A stretch of 64,000 nucleotides of DNA from Albugo candida. Lineage: Eukaryota. The notes beneath the pieces were generated by a model. The model saw only the letters and a list, made by a program, of their open reading frames with translations. It ran no database searches and was not told where the DNA came from. Shown one piece after another: positions 62,114 through 64,000 of this stretch (position 1 is its first letter; each line of letters starts with the position of its first letter). The translations under genes and the position numbers were made by a program. The DNA is taken from positions 496,001 to 560,000 of the forward strand of contig JBDOQK010000006.1 of the NCBI GenBank assembly GCA_040437565.1, given 5' to 3'.

Positions 62114-64000
62114 ATGTTGCATCCATTCTGGCCAAATTCGATTAGACGTCACTTATCTACAAACAATTCTGCGGCATTTACAAATGTATCTGCTAGTGAA
62201 GCTGGTATAGCTGCTCGAAAAGAAGGGCTCCGATATCTTACAGAAAAGTTTCATGTTTTGCAAATATTTCTGCTTGCAGGATATGGTATTATGTTCACGC
62301 TTTGTGTGATTTTGATCTGCTACATGCGATACAATCGAAGTGTAGCATTTCGAGGTGATGTCAGTGCCGCACGGAAGATCATTCTTCCATGCTTTGAGCC
62401 TCTGTTATGGATTCTAGGCGGTGCGACCGGTGTATACACAGTCTACTTTTGCATCGCCTTGGCACAAAACATCTATACAAATGATATAGCAAAAGTCCCG
62501 ACCGAAGTGTTTTACTCTGGTCGCCAATCGGTATTTCTTTCTGTCATAGTATTCATGCTTCAGAAAAGTGTATCTATACCAGCTCTGCAGCGCACAGTTA
62601 TCATCACGTTTATTTTGTCCACGTATACCATCCTGGTCGTATGGTTTATGGTGTATCGTAGCGATGGGAATCAGCTGTATTGGGCAACGACAGTCTCACG
62701 GGCATTGTTGCTAGTGCTCTACACGTATGTGTTTATCAATCCTCCACAAAGAGCAAGTAAGCGAACCATTCGAGAATTTTGCTTATACGCATACGTATAT
62801 TATGCGCTTCTGTTCCTTTATGGCCATTTGTTTTATCTGAAAAAGCTGTTTTGGGGTTTTACCTTAACATATTGTAATTTATTATGGGGATCATTGTGCC
62901 CGCTTGTGATCTGGCGTGTTCTGAAAGCAGACACAGAGTATTGGAGAGGGATGGGCCAACGAGCTTGTGCACTACAGTCTCTATTTCGACAAAAAAACAA
63001 CATTCATGAGCTTATATCCTCACAGGGCTTGCACGTGTTGATCGAAATGCATCGGAAATTTATCATTGATTTTGCTTATTTGGAAATGAAACAACGGATC
63101 GGAATTGGTGCAAGCGCGGTGGTGTTTAATGGAATTCTGCATTCAAAAATTCCTGTTGCGATAAAAGTGTATACACCATCAGAATTTACAGAGGATACTG
63201 TTGCCCAATATTCTCACGAAGCCGCTCTTTGCGGCGCCTTGCATCATCCAAACATTGTCAAGTTCTACGGAATGTGTGTCTGCCCGCCAACGATTTGTCT
63301 TGTATCGGAATTATGTCAGGGCAGTCTTGAAGACGTAACTAGTGCCATTGCAAAAGGTCAACAGAAGGATCAACGACAGCAGTTTCTGATTGATCTTGGA
63401 TATATACTCGATGCTACAAGAGCAGTAGCGTATCTTCATAGCTTCTCGCCTCCATTTGTACATCGAGACATCAAACCAGCAAATTTTCTAGTAGACGCAG
63501 AATGTACAGTGAAACTCACTGATTTCGGTGAATCGAGAAGTCTTCCACGAAGTCAGATCAATAAGCAAAATGGTTCTTTGCTGAGCACACAGCCGGACAA
63601 TTCTACTTATAATGGGGCTTCCTTCCAATCTGTGACGGATCAGCGCTTCACAGATTCCGGAATGAAGCCTCATCGAGCAGCTATGACAGTCCGAGGTACC
63701 GTTGACTATATGGCACCAGAAGTGATCAATGGAAAAGCGGGTTTGGCCACTTATGGCGAAGCAGCCGACGTATATTCGCTAGCCATAACTATCTGGGATA
63801 TACTATGCCCAAACAGCGAGAAATATCCTCGCGTCAATTGCAATAATCACATGCAGATTTTCCAACTGGTTGTGGATGGTAAACGACCCATACTACCTTC
63901 TGATATGCACCCATCCTTAAGCGAGCTACTTCAAAGTGCGTGGCATCCGGATGCCAACATGCGGCCCTCAGCAGTCAAAATCGTTCGTATTTTAGAGAGC
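62114..64000 (+). CDS. GPCR-like 7TM-TKL kinase, paralog of the upstream gene; runs off the window
   Basis: Manual translation of segments from ATG 62114: ARKIILPCFEPLLWIL, PPQRASK, WRVLKADTEYWR, IGIGASAVV, VAIK, HRDIKPAN, DFG, GTVDYMAPE. Not in the ORF track (no stop in the window). Confidence 0.9.
   Translation, partial: MLHPFWPNSIRRHLSTNNSAAFTNVSASEAGIAARKEGLRYLTEKFHVLQIFLLAGYGIMFTLCVILICYMRYNRSVAFRGDVSAARKIILPCFEPLLWILGGATGVYTVYFCIALAQNIYTNDIAKVPTEVFYSGRQSVFLSVIVFMLQKSVSIPALQRTVIITFILSTYTILVVWFMVYRSDGNQLYWATTVSRALLLVLYTYVFINPPQRASKRTIREFCLYAYVYYALLFLYGHLFYLKKLFWGFTLTYCNLLWGSLCPLVIWRVLKADTEYWRGMGQRACALQSLFRQKNNIHELISSQGLHVLIEMHRKFIIDFAYLEMKQRIGIGASAVVFNGILHSKIPVAIKVYTPSEFTEDTVAQYSHEAALCGALHHPNIVKFYGMCVCPPTICLVSELCQGSLEDVTSAIAKGQQKDQRQQFLIDLGYILDATRAVAYLHSFSPPFVHRDIKPANFLVDAECTVKLTDFGESRSLPRSQINKQNGSLLSTQPDNSTYNGASFQSVTDQRFTDSGMKPHRAAMTVRGTVDYMAPEVINGKAGLATYGEAADVYSLAITIWDILCPNSEKYPRVNCNNHMQIFQLVVDGKRPILPSDMHPSLSELLQSAWHPDANMRPSAVKIVRILES

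Overview
Gene-dense eukaryotic scaffold with many short (about 50-70 nt) GT-AG introns, tiny intergenic spacers, oomycete-type CCAAT and INR-FPR promoter motifs and GPCR-kinase fusions. It is most consistent with a compact oomycete genome such as Albugo (inference). About 23 protein genes can be read after manual splicing: TFIIIC large subunit (partial), NECAP, a ZnF/ANK/HECT ligase, OTU1, CDC20, a CS-domain protein, purple acid phosphatase, a double-PH class I-like PI3K, a two-repeat CNBD K+ channel, an MBOAT, a degenerate UPRT, PGAP1, a TPR-prefoldin-1 fusion, a CAMK, a Sen1-like helicase, a hypothetical protein, RPS15, RPP30, a receptor-like pseudokinase, a MUG/TDG glycosylase, a KIX protein, a SPOC-CID-(AcD-like)x2-SET protein and a tandem GPCR-TKL pseudokinase/kinase pair. 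Eleven 100-N gaps are present and eight are flanked by artefactual direct duplications. The most interesting items are the SPOC-CID-SET protein, a 120-bp hairpin/CRE-like tandem array whose terminus recurs inverted 20 kb away, the GPCR-TKL dead/active pair, the TPR-prefoldin fusion and the asymmetric tandem channel. All domain calls are by-eye motif recognition; no searches were run.
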